64,000 nucleotides of DNA from Eledone cirrhosa (lineage: Eukaryota). Below the pieces are notes generated by a model, which saw nothing but the letters and a program-made list of their open reading frames with translations, ran no database searches and was not told the DNA's origin. Below are positions 26,801 to 37,804 of the stretch, piece after piece (the stretch's first letter is position 1; each line of letters opens with the position of its first letter). The translations under genes and the position numbers were made by a program. The stretch covers positions 182,218,001 through 182,282,000 of the forward strand of contig OZ024740.1 of the NCBI GenBank assembly GCA_964016885.1. The letters are read 5' to 3'.

Positions 26801-27307
26801 TAGGTCGCCTGCAATAATTATATAGTCACTGTCCGATATTTGGGAGGTAGTTAGCAACAGTGTCTCATAGAATCTGTCTTTTATAGTGCCGGGCAGTCCG
26901 GATTGGGGTGCGTACGCAGATATTACTGTCACCGTAGTTCTATCGAGGACAAGTCGTATTTTAATTATTCTGTCGTTCATTCTATTTATGTCTATTATCT
27001 TATCTGCCCACTTTTCTGCTACCATGATTCCTACTCCACCCAGCCCATCGTCGTTTCCCACCCAGAAAAGCTTATAACATCGTTTTTTACCCTCAATGAA
27101 TCTAGCAGACCCACCCCTCCACCTGGTCTCTTGAATACAACAAACATCGACCTCCTTACGTTCAAGCATTTCTACAACCTCGTTAGCGCGACCCTTTAGG
27201 GTGCCTACATTTATGGTACCAACTCTGAAGTTTTGGATTGCGTTTGTAGGGTGGGGGCGGGGGGAGATGGGGTTATGTTAGCCATCCGCGGACGAAACAA
27301 AGAGGAG
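23817..27307 (-). mobile_element. Near full-length RTE-clade LINE
   Basis: Single APE-RT ORF, about 360-nt 3' UTR and (GAT)n tail; 5' end abuts (TA)n. Confidence 0.95.
24182..27169 (-). CDS. RTE LINE ORF: AP endonuclease + reverse transcriptase + PHD-like zinc finger (995 aa from first Met)
   Basis: CIQETRW, SAYAPQ, GDLNG, SQVDYIL, SQHR (APE); NYRGI, FVDLEKAFD, QGSVLSP, YADD, FRYLG (RT); open frame continues upstream as FRVGTINVGTL to a TAA near 27280. Confidence 0.95.
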   Translation of the reverse strand: MLERKEVDVCCIQETRWRGGSARFIEGKKRCYKLFWVGNDDGLGGVGIMVAEKWADKIIDINRMNDRIIKIRLVLDRTTVTVISAYAPQSGLPGTIKDRFYETLLLTTSQISDSDYIIIAGDLNGRVGQHCDGYDGIHGGYGFGTRNEEGSRILEFCDANNLTICNTNFKKRNNHLITYRSGEHTSQVDYILTRRRDRVSIVNTKSLPHEECTSQHRLIISDLIVRTRRTRQQKRTILRRKIWKLKDPTARNKFQSILLDAFDSKEEHLESDNIEGQWEFLKANLLLATDEVCGWSRPVGRRRVTWWWNSKVEGSIKAKKQAWKVWRDGGSRVDYQVARRVARREVYLARREAEERKFKHVLQRNHQKREVFRIARQCVKENRDIVGEKCVLNDDGILAITDTDKKVAWKCHYERLLNEENKWEKDSLPHIDPIEGPAVLVEGSIIIKAIKDMKTGKVAGPSEIVAEMLKASGTVGHTMVTRIVNQVVQTWVVPKDWHSCIIVNCYKGKGDALDRSNYRGITLIDQVMKVTEKVIAQLIRERIDLHEMQFGFVSGKSTTDALFIVRQLQEKYLTKSKPLYLAFVDLEKAFDRLPRSIIWWALRKLGVDEWLVRAIQAMYKETVSKVRINNEYSEEFSVKVGVHQGSVLSPLLFIIALRAITVEFKTGCPWELLYADDLTLIAESMAELEKKFQTWKHGLESKGLKINLAKTKVLVCRKENKAAVPSGKWSCSVCRKGVGRNSILRPKCKVWVHKRCSGITGKLTKNIDFTCGRCSGAISSSKCPLNTSSFNCTEGSIEIVDSFRYLGDKISSGGGCSESTVARVRTGWKKFRELIPLLAAKGFSLKMKGRLYDACIRTAMLHGSETWALCAEDIRRLERNEACMLRWMCNSNIRERQSINELRKKLEIRGIRCCLLERRLRWYGHVMRMKVDSCITKCRAIKIDGSHGIGRPRKTWDELINSDLTHLHLSKTMSLDRDLWRYSVTEKTRLASRHL

Positions 27308-27391
27308 TATATATATATATATATATATGAGTTTCAGAAGATCCCGTTAAGGGTGAAAGCAGCGATTATTTACTTAAATCTGTTATTTATA

Positions 27392-27443
<52 letters not shown>

Positions 27444-27493
27444 TATATATATGTATATATATATATATAAATAAATATATATATATATATATA

Positions 27494-27558
<65 letters not shown>

Positions 27559-27620
27559 CAGATCAAAGTTTAAGCAAATAATCGCTGCTTTCACCCTTAA
27601 CGGGATCTTCTGAAACTCAT
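27308..27620. repeat. Mini palindrome: two inverted family B hammerhead-like motifs around (TA)n
   Basis: 27330-27380 (+) and 27567-27617 (-) are reverse-complement copies. Confidence 0.9.
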
Positions 27621-27627
27621 ATATATG

Positions 27628-27671
<44 letters not shown>

Positions 27672-27672
27672 C

Positions 27673-28013
27673 ATCATCATCATCATTTCATTTTACGTCC
27701 GCTTTTCCCTGCTTGCAAGGGTGGGATGGGAACTGATTATTGCTTGATTTCTATAGATGGATGCCCTTCCTAACACCAACCTCATTTAAGTCAGTGCTGG
27801 GTGCTTTTTTCCCATGGCACCTCCACGACCACTTTGCACTGGAATGATAGGGACCCCAGTCCCTATCATCTCATTTCTACAGCTGAGTAAACTGGAGCAA
27901 TGTGAAATAAAGTGTCTTGCTCAAGGAAACAACACATCACCGTGTCTGAGAATTGAACTCACAACCTTTCTATTGCAAGGCCAATGCTCTAACCACTAAG
28001 CCATGTGCCGCCA
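27673..28013 (-). mobile_element. tRNA-derived SINE family 2 with RTE-like tail
   Basis: Minus strand has TGGCTTAGTGG A-box, GAGTTCAATTC B-box, TCCTTGAGCAAGACACTT core and a (GAT)n tail. Confidence 0.88.
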
Positions 28014-28209
28014 TATATATGTGCCTATCAATATATATTTCAATATCATCATCATTAACATCACTTTTACATCAAAACACCCATGGTGGGATGGGTTATT
28101 TGGATGTTTTTGAGATAATAATTTAGAGCTGGATGCCTTTCCTGACACCAATCATTTTAATTGTTTCTTAAGACATTCAGGTTAGCATGCATACATATAT
28201 ATATATAAG

Positions 28210-28335
28210 TTAGATCGCAGATATAAGAGACAGCGAGAAGCGAAAACCAACCAAACAGTGAGTGTGTTCTGTTATTAATTCTGGCAATATTACGCAAATA
28301 TGACCCTCCCCAAATATAACAATATATATATATAT
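28210..28335 (+). mobile_element. Penelope pseudo-LTR 3' tip (53-57 kb family)
   Basis: GAAGCGAAAACCAACC...ATGACCCTCCCCAAATATAACAA(TA)n, as at 57005-57092. Confidence 0.85.
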
Positions 28336-28338
28336 ATA

Positions 28339-31213
28339 TAACTATCTGTAACACTAACTTCAAAAAACGTTACAATCACCTGATAGCCTATAGATCAGGG
28401 GAACACACAAGCCAGGTAGATTATATCCTTACCAGAAGACGTGACAGAGTGTCTGTTGTAAACACTAAATCCCTCCCCCCATGAAGAATGCACCTCCCAA
28501 CATAGACTGATAATTAGCGACCTAATAGTCAGGACGAGACGTACTAGACAACAGAAGAGGACTATCCTCAGGAGAAAAATATGGAAGCTAAAGGACCCCA
28601 CAGCCAGAAATAAATTTCAAAGCATATTACTTGATGCTTTCGACAGTAAGGAAGAGCAATTAGAGTCGTACAAGGTAGAGGAACAGTGGGAATTCCTGAA
28701 AGCAAACCTGCTGATGGCGGCAGACGAAGTCTGTGGCTGGAGCAGGCCTGTAGGCAGGAGGAGAGTAACATGGTGGTGGAACAGTAAGGTGGAGGGGTCA
28801 ATTAAGGCCAAAAAGCAGGCTTGGAAAGTATGGCGGGATGGGGGAAGCAGAGAAGACTATCAAGTGGCCAGCAGGGAAGCTAGGAGACAAGTGTACTTCG
28901 CAAGAAGGGAAACAGAGGAAAGAAAGTTCAAGCATGTTCTACAACGCGAGAACCAAAAACGTGAGGTGTTCAGGATTGCTAGGCAATGTGTCAAGCAAAA
29001 CCGTGATATTGTCGGGGAGAAGTGTGTACTTTATGATGACGGCGTACTTGCCATCACCAACGCTGATAAGAAGGTAGCTTGGAAGTGTCACTATGAAAGG
29101 CTACTAAATGAGGAGAATAAATGGGAGAAAGACAGTCTCCCCCACATCGACCCAATAGAGGGACCAGCAGTGTTAGTCGAGGGTAGTATAATAAGTAAGG
29201 CAATCAAAGATATGAAGACGGGTAAGGCGGCTGGGCCTTCGGAAATAGTTGCCGAGATGCTGAAGGCATCTGGTACGGTGGGACACACCATAGTCACCCA
29301 GATAGTCAACCAATTCATACAGAATGGGGTTGTTCCGAAGGACTGGCGTAGCAGCATCATAGTTAACTGTTATAAGGGTAAAGGAGATGCCCTAGATAGG
29401 AGTAACTATAGAGGCATTAAATTAATCGACCAGGTCATGAAGGTCACGGAAAAAGTAATAGCGCAACTAATCAGAGAGAGAATTGATCTAGATGAAATGC
29501 AGTTCGGGTTTGTGTCAGGTAAAAGTACCACAGACGCTCTTTTCATTGTACGACAACTACAGGAGAAGTACCTAACTAAAAGTAAACCCCTATACTTAGC
29601 TTTCGTTGACTTGGAGAAAGCCTTCGACAGACTCCCCCGTTCCATTATCTGGTGGGCTCTTAGAAAACTAGGTGTTGATGAATGGCTTGTGAGAGCTATA
29701 CAAGCCATGTATAAAGAAACAGTCAGCAAGGTTAGAATTAACAACGAATATAGTGAAGAGTTTAGCGTAAAAGTTGGTGTTCATCAGGGCTCTGTTCTTA
29801 GCCCCCTACTATTTATTATTGCCCTCCGGGCTATAACAGTGGAGTTCAAGACCGGCTGCCCATGGGAACTCCTATACGCAGATGATCTAACGCTCATAGC
29901 TGAATCAATGGCCGAGCTAGAGAAGAAATTCCAAACATGGAAGCACGGCCTAGAATCAAAAGGCCTTAAAATTAACCTGGCTAAGTCTAAAGTTCTAGTT
30001 TGTAAGAAAGAAAATAAGGCGGCAGTCCCCTCCGGGAAGTGGCCATGCTCAGTGTGTAGGAAAGGCGTAGGTAGAAACTCCATTTTGTGTCCCAAATACA
30101 AAGTATGGGTGCATAAAAGATGTAGTGGGATCACAGGTAAGCTAACTAAGAACATAGATTTTACATGTGGCCGGTGCTCTGGGGCAATAAGTAGCAGCAA
30201 GTGCCCATTAAATACTAGCTCATTCAACTGCGCAGAGGGTTCTATAGAAATAGTGGACAGCTTCCGTTACCTGGGTGACAAAATCAGCAGTGGGGGAGGG
30301 TGCTCTGAAAGTACAGTAGCTAGAGTCAGAACTGGATGGAAAAAGTTCAGAGAGCTTATACCGCTATTAGCCGCTAAAGGGTTCTCCCTAAAAATGAAAG
30401 GCAGGTTGAACGATGCCTGCATACGAACAGCAATGTTGCATGGCAGTGAGACCTGGGCATTGTGTGCAGAGTATATACGCAGACTAGAGAGAAACGAAGC
30501 TTCATGCTCCGCTGGATGTGTAATAGTAATATACGTGAACGGCAAAGCATGAACGAACTAAGGAAAAAATTAGAAATAGGAGGGATCAGATGTTGTTTAC
30601 TTGAGAGAAGGCTACGTTGGTATGGTCACGTGATGCGCATGAAGGACGATAGCTGTATAACAAAGTGCAGGGCAATAAAGATAGACGGTAGCCACGGAAT
30701 AGGCAGACCCAGAAAAACCTGGGACGAGCTGATAAATTCCGACCTCACACACTTACACCTCACCAAGACAATGTCACTGGACCGAGACCTTTGGCGGTTC
30801 TCAGTAATAGAGAAGACCCGCCTTACCTAAATACAAAGTAAGGCAAAGTAGGCATCTATAACAAAATACACCCCCGTACCACCACCCCCACCACATCCAA
30901 ACCGCCCCTGTCAATGTAAAGTTATGTTGGTGCCACAACATCCAGGCCGAAACAAATGAGATCGTATAGGTGTCACGTCAAAAAACACACAGTTCACGCT
31001 GTAATGTGGCCGTGTAGGCAACACGGTAAAAACCTCCCATCTCCACACTGTAAATGTGGTTGGTGTTAGGAAGGGCATCCAGCTGTAGAAAACCCGCCAG
31101 ATAGTCCTATGCGAGCAAGATAACCACTCTTGCCTCAAGTGGGAAAACCCCCGTCCAAACCCATGCAAGCGTGGAACACGGACGTTAAACGATGATGATG
31201 ATGATGATGATGA
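28339..31213 (+). pseudogene. 5'-truncated RTE LINE copy, frameshifted
   Basis: Highly similar to the reverse complement of 23817-26686; ORF 28714-30552 with a 1-nt deletion near 30502 continuing in 30462-30830; (GAT)n tail. Confidence 0.95.
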
Positions 31214-31244
31214 TATATATATATATTTATATATAACAGATTAA

Positions 31245-31293
31245 ATTTTAAGCAAAGGATCGCTGCTTTCCTCCTTAACGGGATCTTCTGAAA

Positions 31294-31295
<2 letters not shown>
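31245..31295 (-). ncRNA. Family B hammerhead-like motif
   Basis: Reverse complement reads AGTTTCAGAAGATCCCGTTAAGGAGGAAAGCAGCGATCCTTTGCTTAAA. Confidence 0.45.
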
Positions 31296-31346
<51 letters not shown>

Positions 31347-31357
31347 ATATATATATA

Positions 31358-31700
31358 TCATCATCATCATCATTTCATTTTACATCCGCTTTTTCCCTGC
31401 TTGCCAGGGTGGGAAGGGAACTGATTCTGGCTTGATTTCTACAGCTGCATGCCCTTCCTAACACCAACCTCATTTACAGTGAGTGCTGGGTGCTATTTTG
31501 CCGTGGCACCTGCACGACCACTTTGCAGTGGAATGATATGGAGCCCAGTCCCTATCATCTCATTTCTACAGCTGAGTAAACTGGAGCAATGTGAAACAAA
31601 GTGTCTTGCTCAAGGAAACAACACATCAGCCGGTCTGAGAATTGAACTCACAACCTTTCGATTGCAAGGCCAATGCTCTAACCACTAAGCCATGTGCCTA
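31358..31700 (-). mobile_element. SINE family 2
   Basis: Near copy of 27673-28013. Confidence 0.88.
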
Positions 31701-32336
31701 CATATATATAGATAATAATAATAAGGGTTGTCGGACCCAGCATATTTATCAATGCCAGTACCGGTTGTATCTCAGCGCACTCAATGGGCAATGTAAGATA
31801 CATTAACAGAATATACACATAGTTATTTGCCTCAACACACGTAAAACGGGTGCCTATAAGGTTAAGGTACTCAAGTTTCTGCAGCACGAATGCAGCAGTA
31901 AGGTGCACTGCACCATCTGTCTGCATATATTATGCATTTCAATATCATCATCATTAACATCATTTTTACATAAAAAAACCCCTGCTGGGATAGGTTATTT
32001 GGATGTTCTTGAGATAATCATTTATACCTGGAGCCCTTTCCTGACAACAATCATTTTAATTGTTTGTTAAGACATTCAGGTTAGCATGCATACATAGATT
32101 TGCAGACTGCACATCAACAAGAGATATTCTTCTCCACAAAGTTCGATTGCCAACAGCAGAGTTTCAAGAACAAAGATCAAGTCTAGTCCATATATATATA
32201 TGTATATATATATAGTTGTAATAAAATGAAAACGAAATTTCATTTCTCACTCTTAGTACGGGACTTACTTAAATGTAAGTATGTATGTATACGTACATAC
32301 ATATATGTATACAGACGTACAGTAGCATGCATATAT

Positions 32337-32406
<70 letters not shown>

Positions 32407-32558
32407 CAGGTACACATACATATATGTACGTATCAGTTTAGCGGACGCTTATTATCGCGCCCGCTTTGTTCGTTTGTCAACAAACTGAACAGCCTGAATT
32501 TTATGCCGTACGGTGTTAAGGCAACCACGTCACCTTTTTGTTCAACACTGACACAGAA

Positions 32559-32601
32559 ACGATGTACTAGTTTCAAGCTTGTTAGCTATCATCAGCACCG
32601 T
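32559..32601 (-). ncRNA. Minimal type I hammerhead ribozyme (family C)
   Basis: Reverse complement of 33075-33117. Confidence 0.85.
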
Positions 32602-32802
32602 ATACCCTTCTGGCAGATGGTTGAACTTTCGAAAGTATATACTTTCCTTATGAAAATTAACGGCTGAGCAGCCTAATTTGCTTATCGAGTGAGTTAAATC
32701 GTACGGCATAAAATTCAGGCTGTTCAGTTTGTTTACAAACGAACAAAGCGGGCGCTATAATAAGCGTCCGCTAAACTGATACGTACATATATGTATGTGT
32801 AC

Positions 32803-32839
<37 letters not shown>

Positions 32840-33074
32840 TGTTACTGTACGTCTGTACACATATATGTATGTACGTATACATACATACTTACATTTAAGT
32901 AAGTGCCGTACTAAGAGTGAGAAATGAAATTTCGTTTTCATTTTATTACAACTCATCGTTTCAGTGCGCCTGACCGATTTAACTCACTCGATATGCAAAT
33001 TAGGCTGCTCAGCCGTTAATTTTCATAAGGAAAGTATATACTTTCGAACGTTCAACCATCTGGCAGAAGGGTAT

Positions 33075-33117
33075 ACGGTGCTGATGATAGCTAACAAGCT
33101 TGAAACTAGTACATCGT
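33075..33117 (+). ncRNA. Minimal type I hammerhead ribozyme (family C)
   Basis: ACGGTG-CTGATGA-TAGCT aaca AGCTT-GAAA-CTAG-TA^-CATCGT; canonical core, 6-bp stem I, palindromic ACTAGT stem III. Confidence 0.88.
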
Positions 33118-33269
33118 TCCTGTGTCAGTGTTGAACAAAAAGGTGACGTGGTTGCCTTAACACCGTACAGCATAAAATTCAGGCTGTTCAGTTTGTTTAC
33201 AAACGAACAAAGCGGGCGCTATAATAAGCGTCCGCTAAATTGATACGTATATATATGTATGTGTACCTG

Positions 33270-33347
<78 letters not shown>

Positions 33348-33406
33348 TGCTACTGTACGTCTGTATACATATATGTATGTACGTATACATACATACTTAC
33401 ATATAT

Positions 33407-33444
<38 letters not shown>

Positions 33445-33446
<2 letters not shown>

Positions 33447-34534
33447 CGTTTCTGAATTTGTTAGAGGAGCCAGAACCAAATGGGAAAAAATGGTAAATAA
33501 TGACATAAATGGGACCTGCCCCTTGTATAGGAGCACATTTTGGAATAGAATAGAAAGAACTAGGAACAAGGCTAATAGAATAAACTCATGGTATGATAGC
33601 AATAAATACCAGAGTGTAATGTTCATCGATACAACCCCTAGAGGTGAATTAGCTTACAAATTTAGAAGGGCCATAAATAAACATAAACTCAATATTAAGA
33701 TAGTAGAAAGACCAGGTACCTCCGTAAAAACACTTATTAGCAAGACATACCCTTTTCAAAGACCCTCATGTATGGATCAGAAATGTATAACCTGTAAAAT
33801 AAGCCCCCATATCAACTGAAAAACTAGAAATGTAGTGTATAGCATAAGATGTAATGAAGGACAATGTAGAGACAAAAATATAGTGTACATAGGTGAGACA
33901 GCTCGTAGTGTAGGCGAACGGATAAATGAACACTGGCGAGACCTTCAAGATAGTAAAGAATCATCTGTACTCTACCAACATGCTAAAATAGAACACAAGG
34001 GTAAATTAGAGAACATAGAAATAAAAATAGAATCTACACACAGAAAAGATGCAATGTTTAGACAAATTACAGAGGCAATAAACATAAAAGAATTACAACC
34101 AAAATTAAATAGAAAATATGAGTGGAACAGCAACATCACAACTTACAATTAAGGACAAAATGAAAACACACACACTCATAGAACAAACAATCAACCAGTA
34201 ACATGTAAATAAACAAATAAATAAATGAACATAAACACACACAGACACCCAGATGTGGCGCATGCGCAGACTGAGCACACAACACAGACACAGAAACAAA
34301 ATGGCGTAGGACAGAACAAAGGAGAGGCACAGAAACAAAGAAAGGAATCCCCAGTCACTGAAGAGGTCATAGAGTGTGTGACGAAAGAACTATGACAATA
34401 TATAAACAACTATCTAGTTGTGGAACCAACCAACCAACCAGAAATGTATAAATTTATAAATTTATTATAATAAATTGAAGTGAAAGCAACTGGTGCGTGT
34501 GTTTCTTATTGGCAACATGACCCTCCCAAAGTAT

Positions 34535-34540
<6 letters not shown>
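33445..34540 (+). mobile_element. 5'-truncated Penelope-like element (RT thumb/linker, GIY-YIG endonuclease, pseudo-LTR)
   Basis: [14 protein letters not shown]...KIVERPG...CITC...N*KTRNVVYSIRC...VYIGETARSVGERINEH...RQITEAINI...PKLN; in-frame TGA at 33817. Confidence 0.92.
34354..34396 (+). ncRNA. Minimal type I hammerhead in PLE pseudo-LTR (family D)
   Basis: GTCA-CTGAAGA-G-GTCATA gagtg TGTGAC-GAAA-GAAC-TA^-TGAC; copies at 34764-34806 (-), 37961-38003 (-), 38164-38206 (+). Confidence 0.75.
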
Positions 34541-34593
<53 letters not shown>

Positions 34594-34621
34594 CATATAT
34601 ATATGCACATATATATATATA

Positions 34622-34870
34622 TATTGTTATACTTTGGGAGGGTCATGTTGCCAATAAGAAGCACAAGCAACAGTTGCTTTCACTTCAATTTATTATAAAT
34701 TTAGGAATTTATAAATTTCCGGTTGGTTGGTTGGTTCCACAACCAGACCATTGTTCATATATTGTCAAAGTTCTTTTGTCACACATTCTGTCACCTCTTC
34801 AGTGACTGGGGATTATTTTCTATTTTTGGGTTTTTGTACCTCTCCTTTGTCTGTTCTACGCCATCTTGTT
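34622..34870 (-). mobile_element. Inverted PLE pseudo-LTR, tail-to-tail with 34295-34540 across (TA)n
   Basis: Reverse complement of 34295-34540. Confidence 0.88.
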
Positions 34871-34919
34871 TTATATATATATATATATCATCATCATTTC
34901 ATTTTTATATATATATAAT

Positions 34920-35090
34920 CATTTCATTTCATTTTACGTCCGCTTTTTCCCTGTTGGCAAGGGTGGGACGGGAACTGATTCTGGCTCGATTTCTACAGTT
35001 GGATGCCCTCCCTAAAACCAACCTCATTTACAGTGAGTGGTGGGTGCTTTTTTGCCGTGGCACCTCTACGACCACTAAGCCATGTGCCTC
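34920..35090 (-). mobile_element. SINE family 2, internally deleted
   Basis: Head ACCACTAAGCCATGTGCC and RTE-like tail as in 27673-28013; middle missing. Confidence 0.8.
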
Positions 35091-35113
35091 CATTATATAT
35101 ATGCAGATATATA

Positions 35114-35238
<125 letters not shown>

Positions 35239-35279
35239 CATATATATATATGTATATACATATATATATATGTATATAC

Positions 35280-35344
<65 letters not shown>

Positions 35345-35360
35345 TATATATACATACATA

Positions 35361-35715
35361 TCATCATCATCATCATCATCGTTTAATGTCCATGTTCCAC
35401 GCTTGCATCGGTTTGGACGGGAGTTTTCCCACTTGAGGCAAGAGTGGTTGTCTTGCTCGCATAGGACTGTCTGGCGGGTTTTCTACAGCTGGATGCCCTT
35501 CCTAACACCAACCACATTTACAGTGTTGGACTGGGAGGTTTTTGCCGTGTTGCCTACATGGCCACATTACAGCGTGGGCTGTGTATGTTTTTTGTCTTGA
35601 CACCTACACGATCTCATTTGTTTCGGCCTGGATGTTGTGGCACACACATAACTTTACATTAAAAGGGGCGGTGTGGATGGGGCTGGGGGGGGGGATTTTG
35701 ATAGAGATGCCTACT
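35361..35715 (-). mobile_element. RTE 3' UTR fragment with (GAT)n tail
   Basis: Similar to 23817-24197. Confidence 0.88.
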
Positions 35716-35763
35716 GACTGTATATATATATATACATTTATATATATACATATATATATATAC

Positions 35764-35855
<92 letters not shown>

Positions 35856-35865
35856 ATATATAAAC

Positions 35866-35932
<67 letters not shown>

Positions 35933-35984
35933 TATATACATATATATATACATATATATATTTATATATATATATATATAAAAC

Positions 35985-36310
35985 ATGAGAAGAAAGAAGA
36001 ATACTGCGTGGTTGCACATGGGTTACATATGATAAAAATAGTCCTTCGTCAGTGATTTTCAAACGATCATTCTTATTACATCGCATTAAACATCATATAC
36101 TCAGGTTGGTGCGAGCAATAAGTAAAAAAAGTTATTGGAACAAGTAAATTGCGTAAAGCGAGAGGGACAAGTAAACAAGATAGAAGGATAAAAGCAAACC
36201 AAAGATAGGAAAAGAAAATGCAACATGGTTGTCCGGTCAGCACAAGCTGCGTGGATTTCATGAGCGAAAGGTACAGACTGAGTGAGATGTAAGCAAGAAG
36301 AGACCCACTG
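35985..36310 (-). repeat. Diverged inverted relative of the 13.1-13.9 kb tandem unit
   Basis: CTGCGTGGTTGCACATGGGTTACATATGA and GCGAGCAATAA match the reverse complement of 13815-13933. Confidence 0.8.
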
Positions 36311-36392
<82 letters not shown>

Positions 36393-36395
<3 letters not shown>

Positions 36396-36950
36396 TATGT
36401 ATACGTACATACATATAGGTATACAGACGTACAGTAGTATGTATATATATATATACATACATGCACACATATACATATGTACGTATGGATTCACCGAACA
36501 TTTATTAAAATGCTCGGTGTGTTTGTAAATAAACATCCCGAATTAAGCCGTACAATGTCTAGCAACCATCGTTGCTCATTTGTTCAACACTGACAAAGGA
36601 ACGCTGTACTAGTTTCAAGCTTATTAGCTATCGTCAGCAACGTATACCTTCTTGCCAGATGATTGAACGTCTGAAATTATATAATTTCCTTATGCATATA
36701 AACGGCTGAGCAGCCTAATTTGCATATCGAGTGAGTTAAATCGGCCGGGTACAAACACACCGAACATTATAATAAATGTTCGGTGAATCCATACGTACAT
36801 ATATATATGTGAGCATGTATGTATATATATATATATATATATACATACTACTGTACGTCTGTATACATATATGTATGTACGTATACATACTTATATTTAA
36901 GTAACAGCCGTACTACGAGTGAGAAATGAAATTTAGTTTCATTTTTTCCG
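36393..36950. mobile_element. Diverged family C fold-back element
   Basis: 36393-36530 mirrors 36750-36900; centre homologous to 32512-32700. Confidence 0.85.
36601..36643 (-). ncRNA. Minimal type I hammerhead ribozyme (family C, diverged)
   Basis: ACGTTG-CTGACGA-TAGCT aata AGCTT-GAAA-CTAG-TA^-CAGCGT; differences from 33075 fall at N7, in loop II and as a G-U to U-G swap in stem I. Confidence 0.88.
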
Positions 36951-37036
36951 TTTTTATATATATATATATATACACATATACATATATATATATATACATA
37001 TACATATATACATATAAGTATATATATATCTATATA

Positions 37037-37095
<59 letters not shown>

Positions 37096-37097
<2 letters not shown>

Positions 37098-37800
37098 TAG
37101 AATTGGAGCTCTGAAATAGCCATATATATATGAATGTATATATAGTGTATTTTGCAATACACTTTATGCTTAATTAAAAGCATTTTGAAGACTGTATGCT
37201 ATTGTTTTAGAGTAGTGACAGACTCACATACTTTAATCTCAGCAAACAGGGGGAGATAAAGCCGACAAGGCCTTGTTTCTGCATTTGTTGATACTAATCA
37301 AGGCCAACTACTCCCTCCCGTCTGCTGAGATCACTGATGTTATATTCTTATAGAATTCTAGTAAATAATCAGGAACTGATTATACATATAATCAGTAATT
37401 ATCAGTAATTATACATATCAGTAATTATACATATAATCAGTTCCTGATTATTTACTAGAATTCTATAAGAATATAACATCAGTGATCTCAGCAGACGGGA
37501 GGGAGTAGTTGGCCTTGATAAGCATCAACAAATGCAGAAACAAGGCCTTGTCGGCTTTATCTCCCCCTGTTTGCTGAGATTAAAGTAAGTGAGTCTGTCA
37601 CTACTCTAAAACAATAGCATACGGTCTTCAAAATGCTTTTAATTAAGCATAAAGTGTATTGCAAAATACACTATATATACATTCATATATATATATGGCT
37701 ATTTCAGAGCTCCAATTCTAATATTTAATTTCTGCTTGACCGGCAACCGCTCTGTATAATCAGTTCCTGATTATTTACTAGAATTCTATAAGAATATAAA
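37096..37800. mobile_element. Near-perfect 627-bp palindrome (37096-37722) with 323-nt terminal redundancy
   Basis: Arms about 290 bp with few mismatches; TATAATCAGTTCCTGATTATTTACTAGAATTC at 37432 and again at 37755. Confidence 0.92.
37511..37556 (+). ncRNA. Hammerhead-like motif, U3/A8 variant
   Basis: GGCC-TTGATAA-GCAT caacaa ATGC-A-GAAA-CAAGGCCTTG-TC^-GGCT; perfect 12-nt palindromic stem III and GUC triplet; one extra A before GAAA. Confidence 0.55.
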
Positions 37801-37804
37801 ACCG

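Larger units (their letters stand above)
32215..33410. mobile_element. ORF-less hammerhead element: inverted monomer plus about 1.5 tandem monomers (464-nt period)
   Basis: 32215-32700 is mirrored by 32700-33163; CGTAC(G/A)GCATAAAATTCAGG recurs at 32700 and 33164. Confidence 0.85.

Noticed and set aside
24258-30545. Antisense ORFs of 60-166 aa overlapping the RTE copies
   Set aside because: Shadow frames of the RT ORF with no recognisable motifs
31865-31922. Minus-strand CAGATGG-TGCAG...CTGCA-GAAA-CTTGAG-TA hammerhead-like string
   Set aside because: Stems II and III form, but stem I does not pair and the core has two deviations; single copy
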